A DNA stretch of 64,000 nt, taken from positions 4,336,868-4,400,867 of the forward strand of contig OY969556.1 of assembly GCA_963701015.1 (NCBI GenBank), given 5' to 3'. The DNA comes from an uncultured Bacteroidota bacterium (GTDB lineage: Bacteria > Bacteroidota > Bacteroidia > Bacteroidales > DTGW01). The translations under genes and the position numbers were made by a program. Shown piece after piece: positions 17,748-27,458 of the stretch (the first letter of the stretch is position 1; each line of letters begins with the position of its first letter). Under the pieces are notes generated by a model. The model was not told where the DNA came from, did no database searches, and saw nothing but the letters and a program-made list of their open reading frames with translations.

Positions 17748-18494
17748 TTATTTTGATTTTCCTTGGTTGGCAACCGATTCCATTGCCTTTTTAATGGCTT
17801 CCTGATCGCCTAAATAATAATGTTTAATTGGCTTTAAATTTGCATCAAGTTCATAAACCAAAGGCGTTCCGGTTGGGATATTTAATTCAAGAATATCCTT
17901 TTCCGAAACATTGTCTAAGTATTTCACCAATGCTCGAAGACTATTCCCATGTGCTGCAATTACTATTTTTTTGCCTTTTTTAATTTCAGGAACAATTGAA
18001 CTTTCCCAAAATGGCACAACACGAGCTACAGTTTCCTTCAAAGATTCAGTTGCAGGCAATTTTTTCGGGTCAATATCTTTGTAACGTGCATCAAATTTTG
18101 GATGTCTTGGGTCATTATCTTCAAGTGGGGGAGGTGGAACATCGTAACTTCTACGCCATATTTTTACTTGTTCTTCACCATGTTTGGCAGCTGTTTCAGC
18201 CTTGTCCAATCCTTGAAGGGCGCCATAGTGACGTTCATTTAATGTCCAACTTTTAATTACCGGTATCCACAGTAAATCCATTTCGTCAGTTGCAAGCCAT
18301 AAGGTTCGAATAGCCCTTTTAAGAGTTGAAGTAAAAGCTAAATCGAAAGTATATCCTTCAGATTTTAATACCACACCTGCATTTTTTGCCTCAACTTTTC
18401 CTTTTTCTGATAAATCAACATCTGTCCAGCCGGTAAAACGATTTTCTTTATTCCAGATACTTTCGCCATGACGGAGCAATACAATTTTGTACAT
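17748..18494 (-). CDS. gpmA: 2,3-bisphosphoglycerate-dependent phosphoglycerate mutase
   Basis: [24 protein letters not shown] and [10 protein letters not shown] motifs, 248 aa. Confidence 0.95.
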   Translation of the reverse strand: MYKIVLLRHGESIWNKENRFTGWTDVDLSEKGKVEAKNAGVVLKSEGYTFDLAFTSTLKRAIRTLWLATDEMDLLWIPVIKSWTLNERHYGALQGLDKAETAAKHGEEQVKIWRRSYDVPPPPLEDNDPRHPKFDARYKDIDPKKLPATESLKETVARVVPFWESSIVPEIKKGKKIVIAAHGNSLRALVKYLDNVSEKDILELNIPTGTPLVYELDANLKPIKHYYLGDQEAIKKAMESVANQGKSK

Positions 18495-18702
18495 TGTTTA
18501 TTTTTTTTAAATTTATGAATTAATAATTTTCAGGGTAAAAATTAAAAAGTATAATCAAACTCTTCAAGTATAAAGGTACTACATTTTGGAATTTGTTAAA
18601 AAGTCATTTATAATAAATTAATTCTTTTAACGTTTTTTTGAATAGTTTCAAGAATGTGAATAATATTGTAAGCTTAATATTTAGTTTAAATTTTTAAATG
18701 AA

Positions 18703-19755
18703 TTGGTAGTGGTAAAATTTCGAAACTTTTTTTTGCTTTTGTTTTTGTGTTACGAAATGAACGTTTTTTCACAAATTGGAGGTACAAGTACCTACGATTT
18801 TTTAAATCTTACCAATTCGGCCAGGGTTGCAGCACTTGGCGGTAAAAATGTTTCATTGAATGATAATGATATTAATCTGGCGTATCATAATCCGGCATTA
18901 TTAAATCCAGTAATGAGTGAAAATGCGGTTTTTAATTATGTTTCATATTTCGCAAATATTAATTTTGGATATGCAGCCTATGCTTTGGATGAAGGAAAAT
19001 TAGGCACTTTTGCTGTTGGTATGCATTATATTGACTATGGCCAATTTATAAAAGCAGAAGATGATGGTACCATTACCGGAACATTTTATGCTGCCGAGTA
19101 TGCATTTAATATGTTTTATTCCAGACAAATTGATTCATCATTTAGGATTGGGTTTACTTTAAAACCTATTTATAGTGTTCTTGAAAGTTATACTTCATAT
19201 GGAATTGCTGCTGATGTTGGCGCCACTTATTTATCTGACGATGGTTTAATATCTGTTGGTGCAGTATTTCGTAATATTGGAGCACAGATTAAAGCTTATT
19301 CTGGCAGTGGTCGTGAGCCATTGCCTTTTGAAATATTACTTGGTATTACCAAAAAATTGCAATATGCACCATTTAGGCTGTCATTAACCGCGCAAAATAT
19401 ACAAAGGTATCAAATGAGCTATACTTTACCGGTTGACCCAAATTTGGGCCAATCAATTGACCAATCATCCTCATCGGGCAGTAAAAATGCCTTTGCTGAT
19501 AATTTATTCAGGCATATTATTATTGGAGTTGAGTTTTTACCTTCGAAAAGCTTTTATATTTCAGGTGCATACAATTATCAACGACGAAAGGAATTGGCAA
19601 TACAAGACGCACCGGGTACCTCAGGTTTTTCATTTGGTTGCGGGATACGGTTAAGCAGGTTTAGCTTTGGATACGGTTATGCCAATTATACTGCTGCCGG
19701 AGGTTCGAATCATTTTTCTTTTACAGTAAACTTGTCAAAAATTTACCATAATTGA
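18703..19755 (+). CDS. porQ: PorQ-like T9SS outer-membrane beta-barrel protein
   Basis: Signal peptide followed by GGTSTYDFLNLTNSARVAALGG, which I recall as the PorQ-family N-terminal signature. It has a beta-barrel-like alternating pattern ending in an aromatic-rich C-terminus. My recollection of porQ-cmk-ispH synteny in Bacteroidales needs checking. Start codon is uncertain (TTG/GTG). Confidence 0.6.
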   Translation: MVVVKFRNFFLLLFLCYEMNVFSQIGGTSTYDFLNLTNSARVAALGGKNVSLNDNDINLAYHNPALLNPVMSENAVFNYVSYFANINFGYAAYALDEGKLGTFAVGMHYIDYGQFIKAEDDGTITGTFYAAEYAFNMFYSRQIDSSFRIGFTLKPIYSVLESYTSYGIAADVGATYLSDDGLISVGAVFRNIGAQIKAYSGSGREPLPFEILLGITKKLQYAPFRLSLTAQNIQRYQMSYTLPVDPNLGQSIDQSSSSGSKNAFADNLFRHIIIGVEFLPSKSFYISGAYNYQRRKELAIQDAPGTSGFSFGCGIRLSRFSFGYGYANYTAAGGSNHFSFTVNLSKIYHN

Positions 19756-19761
19756 TTTTAC

Positions 19762-20466
19762 ATGACTTTCACCCAAAAACTTATTATAGCCATTGATGGA
19801 TACTCATCATGTGGTAAAAGTACATTTGCTAAAGCTATTGCCCAAAAGCTCGGATATATTTACATTGATACAGGTGCAATGTATCGTGCTGTTGCTTTGT
19901 TTGCCTTGCGAAATAGTTTAATTTCAGATAATAAAATTAATGAACCTGCATTATTTCAGAGTCTTAATAGAATTGAAATAGAACTTAAAAAAAATTCTGA
20001 AACCGGAAAGAACGAAACCTTTCTGAATGGAGAGAATGTTGAAGAACAAATTCGTGGTTTGGAGGTTTCGAATTCTGTTAGTATTGTTAGCCAGGTTAAA
20101 TTTGTTAGGGAAAGAATGGTTGAATTGCAACGCAAAATGGGAGAAGAGAAAGGCGTGGTTTTAGATGGCCGGGATATTGGCACCGTAGTTTTTCCAAATG
20201 CTGATATAAAGTTATTTATGACTGCTGATGCTGATGTTCGTGCAAAACGCAGGTATGATGAACTTATAGCTAAAGGTAACATTGTTTCAATTTCAGAAAT
20301 AAAGAAAAATATACTATTGCGCGACGAAAATGATACAAAGCGTACAGAAAGTCCGCTCAGAAAAGCTGATGATGCATTTTTGCTTGACAACAGTTATATG
20401 ACTCCCGATGAACAAATTACCTGGTTTTTAGATTTAGTAAAAGATAAGTTTTCAACTATCAGTTGA
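19762..20466 (+). CDS. cmk: (d)CMP kinase
   Basis: P-loop IAIDGYSSCGKST followed by IDTGAMYRA. Confidence 0.95.
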   Translation: MTFTQKLIIAIDGYSSCGKSTFAKAIAQKLGYIYIDTGAMYRAVALFALRNSLISDNKINEPALFQSLNRIEIELKKNSETGKNETFLNGENVEEQIRGLEVSNSVSIVSQVKFVRERMVELQRKMGEEKGVVLDGRDIGTVVFPNADIKLFMTADADVRAKRRYDELIAKGNIVSISEIKKNILLRDENDTKRTESPLRKADDAFLLDNSYMTPDEQITWFLDLVKDKFSTIS

Positions 20467-20487
20467 ATTGTATGTTAATTTGGTACA

Positions 20488-21363
20488 ATGAAAATTACAA
20501 TAGATGATAAATCAGGCTTCTGTTTTGGAGTTGTTAATGCCATTCAAAAGGCAGAAGAAGAATTAAATGAATCCGGTTTTTTATATTGCCTCGGCGATAT
20601 TGTGCATAACAATGCCGAGGTTGAACGATTAAAATTAAAAGGTTTAGAAACTATTAACCACGATCAGTTTCGCAATCTTAAAAATTGCAAAGTCCTTATC
20701 CGTGCTCATGGCGAACCTCCCGAAACATACAAAATAGCTGAAGAAAATAATATTGAACTGATTGACGCTTCATGTAAAGTAGTTCAAAAGTTGCAAAAGC
20801 GCATTTTCAAAAGTTATAATGAAATTTCAGAAAAAGGGCAGGTTGTAATATTTGGTAAAGATGGACATGCTGAAGTGAATGGATTGGTGGGTCAGACTAG
20901 CAATACTGCAATTGTAATTAAGCACCTCGAAGATATAGAAAAACTGGATTTTACAAAGCCAATTGATTTGTTTTCGCAAACAACTATGGACATTGACGAT
21001 TTGGGAATAATTGCCAGCGAAATTAAGTGCCGGATGGAGAGTGCTTTAGGCACAAAGAATATTCCATTACATATCAATGATACAATATGTCGGCAGGTTT
21101 CGAACCGTGCCCCACATTTAAAAGAATTTGCACTGAAAAATGATATTATAATTTTTGTGAGTGGCAAAGAAAGCTCGAATGGTAAAGTACTTTACGAGGT
21201 TTGCAAATCGGTTAATCCAAAAACATTTTTTGTAACATCTGCAAAAGATATTCAAAAACAATGGTTAAGTGGCATTCAATTTGCAGGAGTTTGCGGAGCA
21301 ACTTCCACACCACGATGGTTAATGGAAGATATAGCCAAACAAATTGAGTTACTTTCAATTTAA
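20488..21363 (+). CDS. ispH: 4-hydroxy-3-methylbut-2-enyl diphosphate reductase
   Basis: Three Fe-S Cys contexts are present (GFCFGV, DASCKVV, DTICRQVSNR), as is GHAEVNG. Confidence 0.95.
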   Translation: MKITIDDKSGFCFGVVNAIQKAEEELNESGFLYCLGDIVHNNAEVERLKLKGLETINHDQFRNLKNCKVLIRAHGEPPETYKIAEENNIELIDASCKVVQKLQKRIFKSYNEISEKGQVVIFGKDGHAEVNGLVGQTSNTAIVIKHLEDIEKLDFTKPIDLFSQTTMDIDDLGIIASEIKCRMESALGTKNIPLHINDTICRQVSNRAPHLKEFALKNDIIIFVSGKESSNGKVLYEVCKSVNPKTFFVTSAKDIQKQWLSGIQFAGVCGATSTPRWLMEDIAKQIELLSI

Positions 21364-21378
21364 CAAAAACATTTAAAC

Positions 21379-21837
21379 ATGAAGAAAATTATTAATTCAA
21401 TAGTTGTATTGGTATTTGCATTATTTGTAGCCGGAACAAGTAAAAGCTTCAGTCAAAACAGGCTGCAAACCAGGGAATTTTTGCATCGGACACACCGGGT
21501 AATTGAATTTGCCAAAGAATCTGTTGCCAGGGGCAAAGTTTATACTGGCGATTTAACCAGGGCTGTTTATCATCAACGTTATGCAAGGGATTTATTCCAT
21601 GAAGGGAAATTCAGGCAAGCCATTCATCATTCATACAGGGCACGTGAACTTGCAATTATTGCAATCAGGGCTAATAAAGGCGAAGTTGACAGGGATATGG
21701 ATTTTCATGATAATGAAAGGGAATATGGACGAGGAAGACCTGATGGCGCTGTACTTGATGCCGAAATTAAAATTCCGGGAGGAACAGACGATAAAGTTGT
21801 AATTAAAGAAAAAGATGAAGAAGTAAAGGACCGTTAA
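21379..21837 (+). CDS. hypothetical secreted protein
   Basis: Signal peptide MKKIINSIVVLVFALFVAGTSKSFSQ. The body is helical and His/Arg-rich. I recognise no family. Confidence 0.5.
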   Translation: MKKIINSIVVLVFALFVAGTSKSFSQNRLQTREFLHRTHRVIEFAKESVARGKVYTGDLTRAVYHQRYARDLFHEGKFRQAIHHSYRARELAIIAIRANKGEVDRDMDFHDNEREYGRGRPDGAVLDAEIKIPGGTDDKVVIKEKDEEVKDR

Positions 21838-21840
21838 GAC

Positions 21841-22710
21841 TTAGACAAACTCATTTATTAATTCATAGCTGAGAACACCCTCAGCTATTTGTTTTACTTC
21901 TCCGGTCAATATAATATTATAATTGTTGTCAATAGTAAGTTTTAATTGTCCGCCTGGCATTTTTATTGTAACATCATTATCAATATAATTTTTTTTACGC
22001 AGAACACAAGCAACGGCACTTGACGAACTTCCGGAAGCAAGCGTGAACCCCGCGCCACGTTCAAATATTAAAATTTCAGCTTCATTTCTAGTTACTGGCT
22101 TTACAAATTGAACATTTATATGGTTAGGGAACATTGGATGGCTTTCAATTTTCGGGCCATAAAATTTAATTTCATCTTCGGAAAGTTGTTCCTTAAAAAT
22201 TACACAATGCGGGTTTCCGACCGAAACACAATTGATTAAAAAAGTCTGTCCGTCAATTATTAATAGGAAGTCAATACATTCCGGTGAATTAGATTTTACA
22301 GGAATTTCATCGCTTTTGAAAGTTGCTTTGCCCATTTCAATTGTAACCATTGTTGCTTTTCCGTTAAGTTCTTTTTCAATTATTGCTTTAACAACACCGG
22401 CCATTGTTTCAATGGTAAACGATTTTTTTAAAGTATAGCCATAATCGAATAAAAATTTGGCAAAAATTCTTAACCCATTGCCGCTTTTTTCAGCCTCAGA
22501 AGCATCAGGATTAAAAATACGAAATCCAAAATCGGCTTTTTGTGATTGTGTTAACAACAAAATCCCATCGGAACCAATTCCAAAATGAATATTGCAAAGT
22601 GTTTTGATTGATTTTTCATTTATTGGGAAAGAAATTGTAGCACTATCCAAAACAACATATTCATTGCCTAGTCCATGCGATTTTACAAAACCATTTTTGG
22701 GTAAAGCCAT
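21841..22710 (-). CDS. diaminopimelate epimerase (DapF) family protein, atypical: both catalytic Cys positions are Ser
   Basis: It aligns along its full length with E. coli DapF (HGLGNEYVVLD, VGNPHCVIF, FERGAGFT). The two catalytic Cys motifs read EKSGNGLR (Ser76, codon 22483-22485) and TLASGSS (Ser226, codon 22033-22035) in place of QCGNGAR and QACGSG. Confidence 0.8.
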   Translation of the reverse strand: MALPKNGFVKSHGLGNEYVVLDSATISFPINEKSIKTLCNIHFGIGSDGILLLTQSQKADFGFRIFNPDASEAEKSGNGLRIFAKFLFDYGYTLKKSFTIETMAGVVKAIIEKELNGKATMVTIEMGKATFKSDEIPVKSNSPECIDFLLIIDGQTFLINCVSVGNPHCVIFKEQLSEDEIKFYGPKIESHPMFPNHINVQFVKPVTRNEAEILIFERGAGFTLASGSSSSAVACVLRKKNYIDNDVTIKMPGGQLKLTIDNNYNIILTGEVKQIAEGVLSYELINEFV

Positions 22711-22749
22711 AACTTCTCTTGTCCTTATTCTTTGTTTCTTGTTCTAAAT

Positions 22750-23715
22750 TTAGAACATCTTATCTTTTCGAAGAAAATAGCGAACTCGTTTATAGGTTGA
22801 AACGTGCCGTTCAAGTTTTTCCTCGTATAAATCAGCTACAGTTATTAAAATACCGGTTTCTTCAACATCCCCAAATTCCTTATTAACAATAGTCCCAAAA
22901 ACTTTCATGGATGGAGAAAGGTTCATATATGCATTAATCAACGGAGGAATATTTTCATGGTGCGATCTTACTTTCTTCGAAAGTATTTTGTAGTTTTCTT
23001 TATAATCCTTCCCGTCAAATTCAGCATCCAATTCTGCTTCGTTCCAATTTAAATCGAGCGGTTCAATAGGATATAATAATTTTTCCTTATCACCAAATTG
23101 TTTTTTCAGAAAATAAAGAATCAGGTTTCGCGCTGATTTATTAAAATGCGTGTACATAGTCACTTTTCCGAAAAAATATTTTTTATCGGGATTATGTACC
23201 ACTAATGCACCAAGTCCGTCCCATAAATTATCGAGCGCATAAATTCCTTTTCGGGCGCGGTTTGTGCTTTGATATGCCGGCTGAACAAACGAACGCCCTA
23301 ATTCTATCATGTGGGGCATATATTCGTTTTTAAATTTATCGGAAAAGTGAAATAAATGCGAAGTGGAAAGCCTTTTGGCAATATCATCACCTTTAGCGCC
23401 GGGATTTGGAATGTAAAATCTATAACCTCCTAAAATTTCACGATGTTGCGGATCCCAAACGATAAGCTGGTGATAAGGATCGTCAGAAATATCAAACTCG
23501 TCAATATCAACTTCAAGCCCTGTTCCTCCACCTCCATGACGAAAGGACAACTCACGCAGCCGCCCAATTTCGCGCATCAGATTGGGCGAATCTTTATGAC
23601 TTAAGATAAAAAGAAGATTTCCGCCGTAATTGGTTTTACGAACAAACTTATCTTCAGTGAGCTCTTGCTCTAAAAGCTCAGTATTAACCGGTGGGATAAT
23701 TTCTTTCGCTGTCAT
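22750..23715 (-). CDS. hemolysin-like GNAT N-acyltransferase (GlsB/OlsB-like, N-acyl amino acid lipid synthase candidate)
   Basis: 321 aa. It resembles the OlsB/GlsB-type N-acyltransferases as I recall them and is paired with a PlsC-like acyltransferase immediately upstream. Confidence 0.7.
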   Translation of the reverse strand: MTAKEIIPPVNTELLEQELTEDKFVRKTNYGGNLLFILSHKDSPNLMREIGRLRELSFRHGGGGTGLEVDIDEFDISDDPYHQLIVWDPQHREILGGYRFYIPNPGAKGDDIAKRLSTSHLFHFSDKFKNEYMPHMIELGRSFVQPAYQSTNRARKGIYALDNLWDGLGALVVHNPDKKYFFGKVTMYTHFNKSARNLILYFLKKQFGDKEKLLYPIEPLDLNWNEAELDAEFDGKDYKENYKILSKKVRSHHENIPPLINAYMNLSPSMKVFGTIVNKEFGDVEETGILITVADLYEEKLERHVSTYKRVRYFLRKDKMF

Positions 23716-23751
23716 TATATCACGCTGAAATACAAAGGTAAAAAAATTTAT

Positions 23752-24582
23752 TTACGGTTTAAATTTAGCATCAGGGTTTTCCGAAAGTTCATATACATGG
23801 CTTTTTACACGTTCAGCCCAAATTCTTGGATTAATTTTTTTATCTTCAAAAATCTTGTAATCTATTGGTTTACCAATGGTGATGGTAAAAAATCCATTTC
23901 GGTGTTTGAACAATTCGTCAACCAAATAAAACATTTCGATATTGGCTTTTATGCCTATTCGCTTTCTTATATTTGAAAGGCTATAAAAGAAGTTTGAATT
24001 TCTTCCTTTAAAATATATAGGAACAATTTGTCGTTTGGAACTTATAGCTTTTTGAATGAAATTTTTTTTCCATTCAAGGTCAACTATTTTACCGTTTATT
24101 TTACGTGAACATAATCCGGCGGGAAAGGTGAGGAGCGGAGTATGGGAATTGAATATTTCATCAATTGCTAAAGCGGCAGATTTATCCTGGCTTCCATGCT
24201 TATTTATGGGAAGAAAAAAATCTTCGAGATTTTTAATATTCATTAAAATATCGTTAACCAAAACTTTAACACTGCCACAATTATCAGATATGGCTTTCAT
24301 TAGCATTATTCCATCGAAACCGCCCAAAGGATGATTTGATACAAATAAATATCTTTCGTTTTGTGCTAAATTTTCAAACCCATTAGAACTAATAGTAACA
24401 TTAAAATATTTGATAACTTCTTCAAGAAAAGGCAAATTCATTTTTTTACCATGTAAAGCCAAAAATGCATTCAATTCACGTTGATGAATTACATGTTCAA
24501 TATACCAATAAACAAATCCTGGCAAAAGTCTGGCCAGCTTCGGGTTCTTTTCAGCAAATACATTTCGGATATTAATTTCCAT
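23752..24582 (-). CDS. lysophospholipid (PlsC-like) O-acyltransferase, GlsA/OlsA-like
   Basis: Acyltransferase motif SNHPLGGFDG and downstream FPAGLCSR. The ATG at 24580-24582 (MEINIRN...) is preferred over the TTG at 24586-24588. Confidence 0.7.
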   Translation of the reverse strand: MEINIRNVFAEKNPKLARLLPGFVYWYIEHVIHQRELNAFLALHGKKMNLPFLEEVIKYFNVTISSNGFENLAQNERYLFVSNHPLGGFDGIMLMKAISDNCGSVKVLVNDILMNIKNLEDFFLPINKHGSQDKSAALAIDEIFNSHTPLLTFPAGLCSRKINGKIVDLEWKKNFIQKAISSKRQIVPIYFKGRNSNFFYSLSNIRKRIGIKANIEMFYLVDELFKHRNGFFTITIGKPIDYKIFEDKKINPRIWAERVKSHVYELSENPDAKFKP

Positions 24583-24583
24583 T

Positions 24584-24615
24584 TTCAATGTGCTAATTTT
24601 TCAATGTGCTAATTT
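24584..24615. repeat. exact 16-bp tandem duplication (ttcaatgtgctaattt x2) plus partial third copy
   Basis: Copy 1 spans 24584-24599 and copy 2 spans 24600-24615. A gctaatgtg remnant follows at 24616-24624. The repeat fills most of the 45-bp gap between the S9 peptidase stop and the acyltransferase start. Confidence 0.9.
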
Positions 24616-24627
24616 GCTAATGTGATA

Positions 24628-26463
24628 TTAATTAATTTGGGTATTTGTATTCAAGTGTTTTTGCAAGAATTTTTCCATAGCGCGATAAAAGTCAAATCGG
24701 TTTTCTTCGTTATGAAAACCATGTCCTTCATTGTCTTTTACCATATATTCAACTTCAATACCACGTTTTCGCATCGCTTCAACCATTTGATCGCTTTCGT
24801 TTTTATTTACGCGAGGGTCATTTGCTCCTTGTGCTATAAAAAGTGGCGCTTTTATTTTATCGGCATGAAAAACAGGTGACACTTCTCGGTACAAGGCTTC
24901 ATCTTTTTCAGGATGCCCTACTTCTTCGTGCATCATTTCAATAAGTGGTTTCCAATAAGGTGGAATGGTTTTTAAAAGTGTAAATAAGTTTGAAACTCCT
25001 ACATAATCGATGCCGCAGCAATAAATATCGGGTGTAAAGCAAAGACCTGCAAGAACAGCATATCCGCCATAACTACCTCCATAAATAGCAATCTTATTTT
25101 TATCGGCAATTCCTTGTTCAATTAACCAATTTACACCATCGGTAATATCATCCTGCATGGTTTTGCCCCATTGTTTGAACGAGGCTTCCCAAAACTTACG
25201 CCCAAATCCGGTAGATCCACGAAAATTCATTTGCAATACGGCATAACCTCGATTGACCAGAAACTGCACTTCCGAATCGTATCCCCATGAATCACGGCTC
25301 CATGGGCCTCCATGAGGATTTATAATAACCGGTAAATTTTTAGGAATTACATTTAACGGTAAAGTCAAATAACCATGAATTGTAAGCCCGTCGCGCGATG
25401 TGTATTGAATAGGTTTCATTTGGGCTAAATGTTCCTCGTTTAACCAGGGACTTAAATCAGTGATTTTTTCAATGGCATCCGTTGAGGAATTATAAAAGTA
25501 ATAGGAGCCAAGTGTCCTGTCGCTGTGTGTACGTATAATAAATTTATCTTCAGCTTTGTTTGAATCGGACAATGAAATTTCGACATTATTGCCTAAATGT
25601 TTTTCAAGCTTCGAATATATACCTTTTACTTCTTCATCCAAAAACACCAGTTTTCGTTTCCAGGTAGTATAGGCAATTGTAGTAAGTTTTTTGTATTTTC
25701 TTGAATAATAAAGTCCATGCACGTCATAATCGGGATCGGTATATAAAACTTCAATTTCTTTGGCTTTTTCAACATCAAATACTACAATGGCTTTTTTATC
25801 ACGGCTTAGATTTGACGATGCATAAAGATTTTTATTGTCGAAAGTGAAAAACAAGGGATCGATTGATTCTTTATAATTTGTTGTAATGATAGAATGAAAA
25901 GGTTCATCTTCGGTTTTACGGTAAAGGATACTTGTATCAGTTCCATCAACAGTTACAGCAATCCGCAGTTTCCCTTCGTGGTCGGTCATCCAGTCATGTA
26001 CATTTCCCGGATTTTCAGCCAGCATTGTCATATCACCGGTTACAATATTTAACCGGTATGGATCAAAAACTTCACGATTGCGTTTGTTCAATCCAATTAT
26101 TACTTCATCGTCAATATCTTCTAGATCGTCAATAATTTGGGTACGGACACCTTCAAACCCGGTTAAACACTTTGAATTTGAACCATCAATATTTACACCA
26201 TATAACTTAAAATTTTCATCGCCGCCGTCATCTTTCAAATATAAAATCCGGTTGTTATTTGCCCAAAAATAACCGCTTATGTCGCGGTCGGTTTCGAATG
26301 TAATTTGTTTAACGCCATCAGAACCCGCAATTTGAATGAATAGGTTCATCCTGTCTTTGTAAGGTGCTTTAAACGAAAAATAATTTCCGTCGGGTGAAAT
26401 TTGAAAAGCTGCTTTTTCAGGGTTTCTGAAAAAATCTTCTAAAGGTATCTTAGGAATTATCAT
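24628..26463 (-). CDS. S9 family serine peptidase (prolyl oligopeptidase/dipeptidyl peptidase type)
   Basis: N-terminal beta-propeller-like region. The C-terminal hydrolase domain has GGSYGGY (nucleophile Ser), GANDPRV (Asp) and NEGHGF (His). Confidence 0.9.
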   Translation of the reverse strand: MIIPKIPLEDFFRNPEKAAFQISPDGNYFSFKAPYKDRMNLFIQIAGSDGVKQITFETDRDISGYFWANNNRILYLKDDGGDENFKLYGVNIDGSNSKCLTGFEGVRTQIIDDLEDIDDEVIIGLNKRNREVFDPYRLNIVTGDMTMLAENPGNVHDWMTDHEGKLRIAVTVDGTDTSILYRKTEDEPFHSIITTNYKESIDPLFFTFDNKNLYASSNLSRDKKAIVVFDVEKAKEIEVLYTDPDYDVHGLYYSRKYKKLTTIAYTTWKRKLVFLDEEVKGIYSKLEKHLGNNVEISLSDSNKAEDKFIIRTHSDRTLGSYYFYNSSTDAIEKITDLSPWLNEEHLAQMKPIQYTSRDGLTIHGYLTLPLNVIPKNLPVIINPHGGPWSRDSWGYDSEVQFLVNRGYAVLQMNFRGSTGFGRKFWEASFKQWGKTMQDDITDGVNWLIEQGIADKNKIAIYGGSYGGYAVLAGLCFTPDIYCCGIDYVGVSNLFTLLKTIPPYWKPLIEMMHEEVGHPEKDEALYREVSPVFHADKIKAPLFIAQGANDPRVNKNESDQMVEAMRKRGIEVEYMVKDNEGHGFHNEENRFDFYRAMEKFLQKHLNTNTQIN

Positions 26464-26615
26464 TTATACAATTTATTAAAAGATGACAATGTTACTTATA
26501 GCCGCCGTAATTTCCAAACTTTAAAATTAAAACCTTATTAAATATCAAAATCACAATTGGAAATATTCTAATTAATTTTGATTCACTATAGGAATCAACT
26601 TATGTTAATATTACT

Positions 26616-27458
26616 TTATTTACCTTCAATTTCTTTATTCTTGTTTTTATCAAGCCGTTTTGCATTTTTGTTAGTTACAACACCTTTTCCTGTTTTTTCT
26701 TCAATTTCACGTCTGGTATTTCCGGCAATGGTTCCACCTTGTAGGGCTATTCTTTTATTGTCATTAAACGTTTTAGGTTTTTTTTCTTTTGAAATTTCGG
26801 TTGTTGTGGCTTCGGCAAGCATATTAAGCACAAGTTCAATATTTGTCATGTGGTCGCGAAGGCTTTCCTTTTTCAAATTCTTTAGGGCCTTATATTGCTT
26901 AGTATTATATCCACTCCATGCATTTGTAATTTCATCAGTCAGTATTGCAAATTCTTGTCCTTTTTGTACTCCTCGTTTTTCCCATTCATCAGTTAATTCT
27001 TTACGAACCTCAATACTTTTCAGCCGCTGGTTTATCCATTCTTTGCTATATCCTTTGCGATGGTATGTTTCCATTAATCGTTCAATACCTAATTCAGGGT
27101 CTTCAATCTCATCAATACGCTCACGTCCTACTTGTGCCAACCACATCTTAAAAGGTTCGGCTTTTGGTGAAGGAATGCTTTGGATTAACCTAAACAATTG
27201 CTCTGTATCAGCTACATCAGTTTTGTAAAATTTTCCATCTGTCGACTGCATTTTCAGTTGGTTACAATTTGTAACCAACTCGCTTCCTTCCTTTGTCAAC
27301 CTGTGCTTTAACACTTTCCAATAATTATTAGGATTTGGGCTTTCAGTTAAAACACCTATAACATCTACAATAGAAAAAAACCATTTTTCTTCTTCATCTT
27401 TCCAAATAGATCTGATTTTCTTTTGCTCAAAAATCTTAATCGCAGTATCTTTAGTCAT
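26616..27458 (-). CDS. BRO-N domain protein, DinD (DNA damage-inducible protein D)-like
   Basis: N-terminal BRO-N pattern (IRSIWKDEEEKWFFSIVDVIGVLTES...LFRLIQSIPSPKAEPFKMWLAQVG). The C-terminal half has the same architecture as E. coli DinD. The ATG at 27456-27458 is preferred over the upstream start. Confidence 0.7.
   Translation of the reverse strand: MTKDTAIKIFEQKKIRSIWKDEEEKWFFSIVDVIGVLTESPNPNNYWKVLKHRLTKEGSELVTNCNQLKMQSTDGKFYKTDVADTEQLFRLIQSIPSPKAEPFKMWLAQVGRERIDEIEDPELGIERLMETYHRKGYSKEWINQRLKSIEVRKELTDEWEKRGVQKGQEFAILTDEITNAWSGYNTKQYKALKNLKKESLRDHMTNIELVLNMLAEATTTEISKEKKPKTFNDNKRIALQGGTIAGNTRREIEEKTGKGVVTNKNAKRLDKNKNKEIEGK

Noticed and set aside
19956-20390. 144-aa minus-strand ORF inside cmk, plus the similar antisense ORFs at 45236-45712, 9921-10226 and 35114-36376
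   Set aside because: All lie antisense to well-supported genes and have repetitive, low-complexity translations. The ones at 35114-36376 simply mirror the 240-bp coding repeats.
26578-27228. 216-aa plus-strand ORF overlapping the BRO-N/DinD-like gene
   Set aside because: Its translation is low-complexity and Ser/Leu/Phe-rich with no motifs. It lies entirely antisense to a gene with clear homology, so it is a typical shadow ORF.
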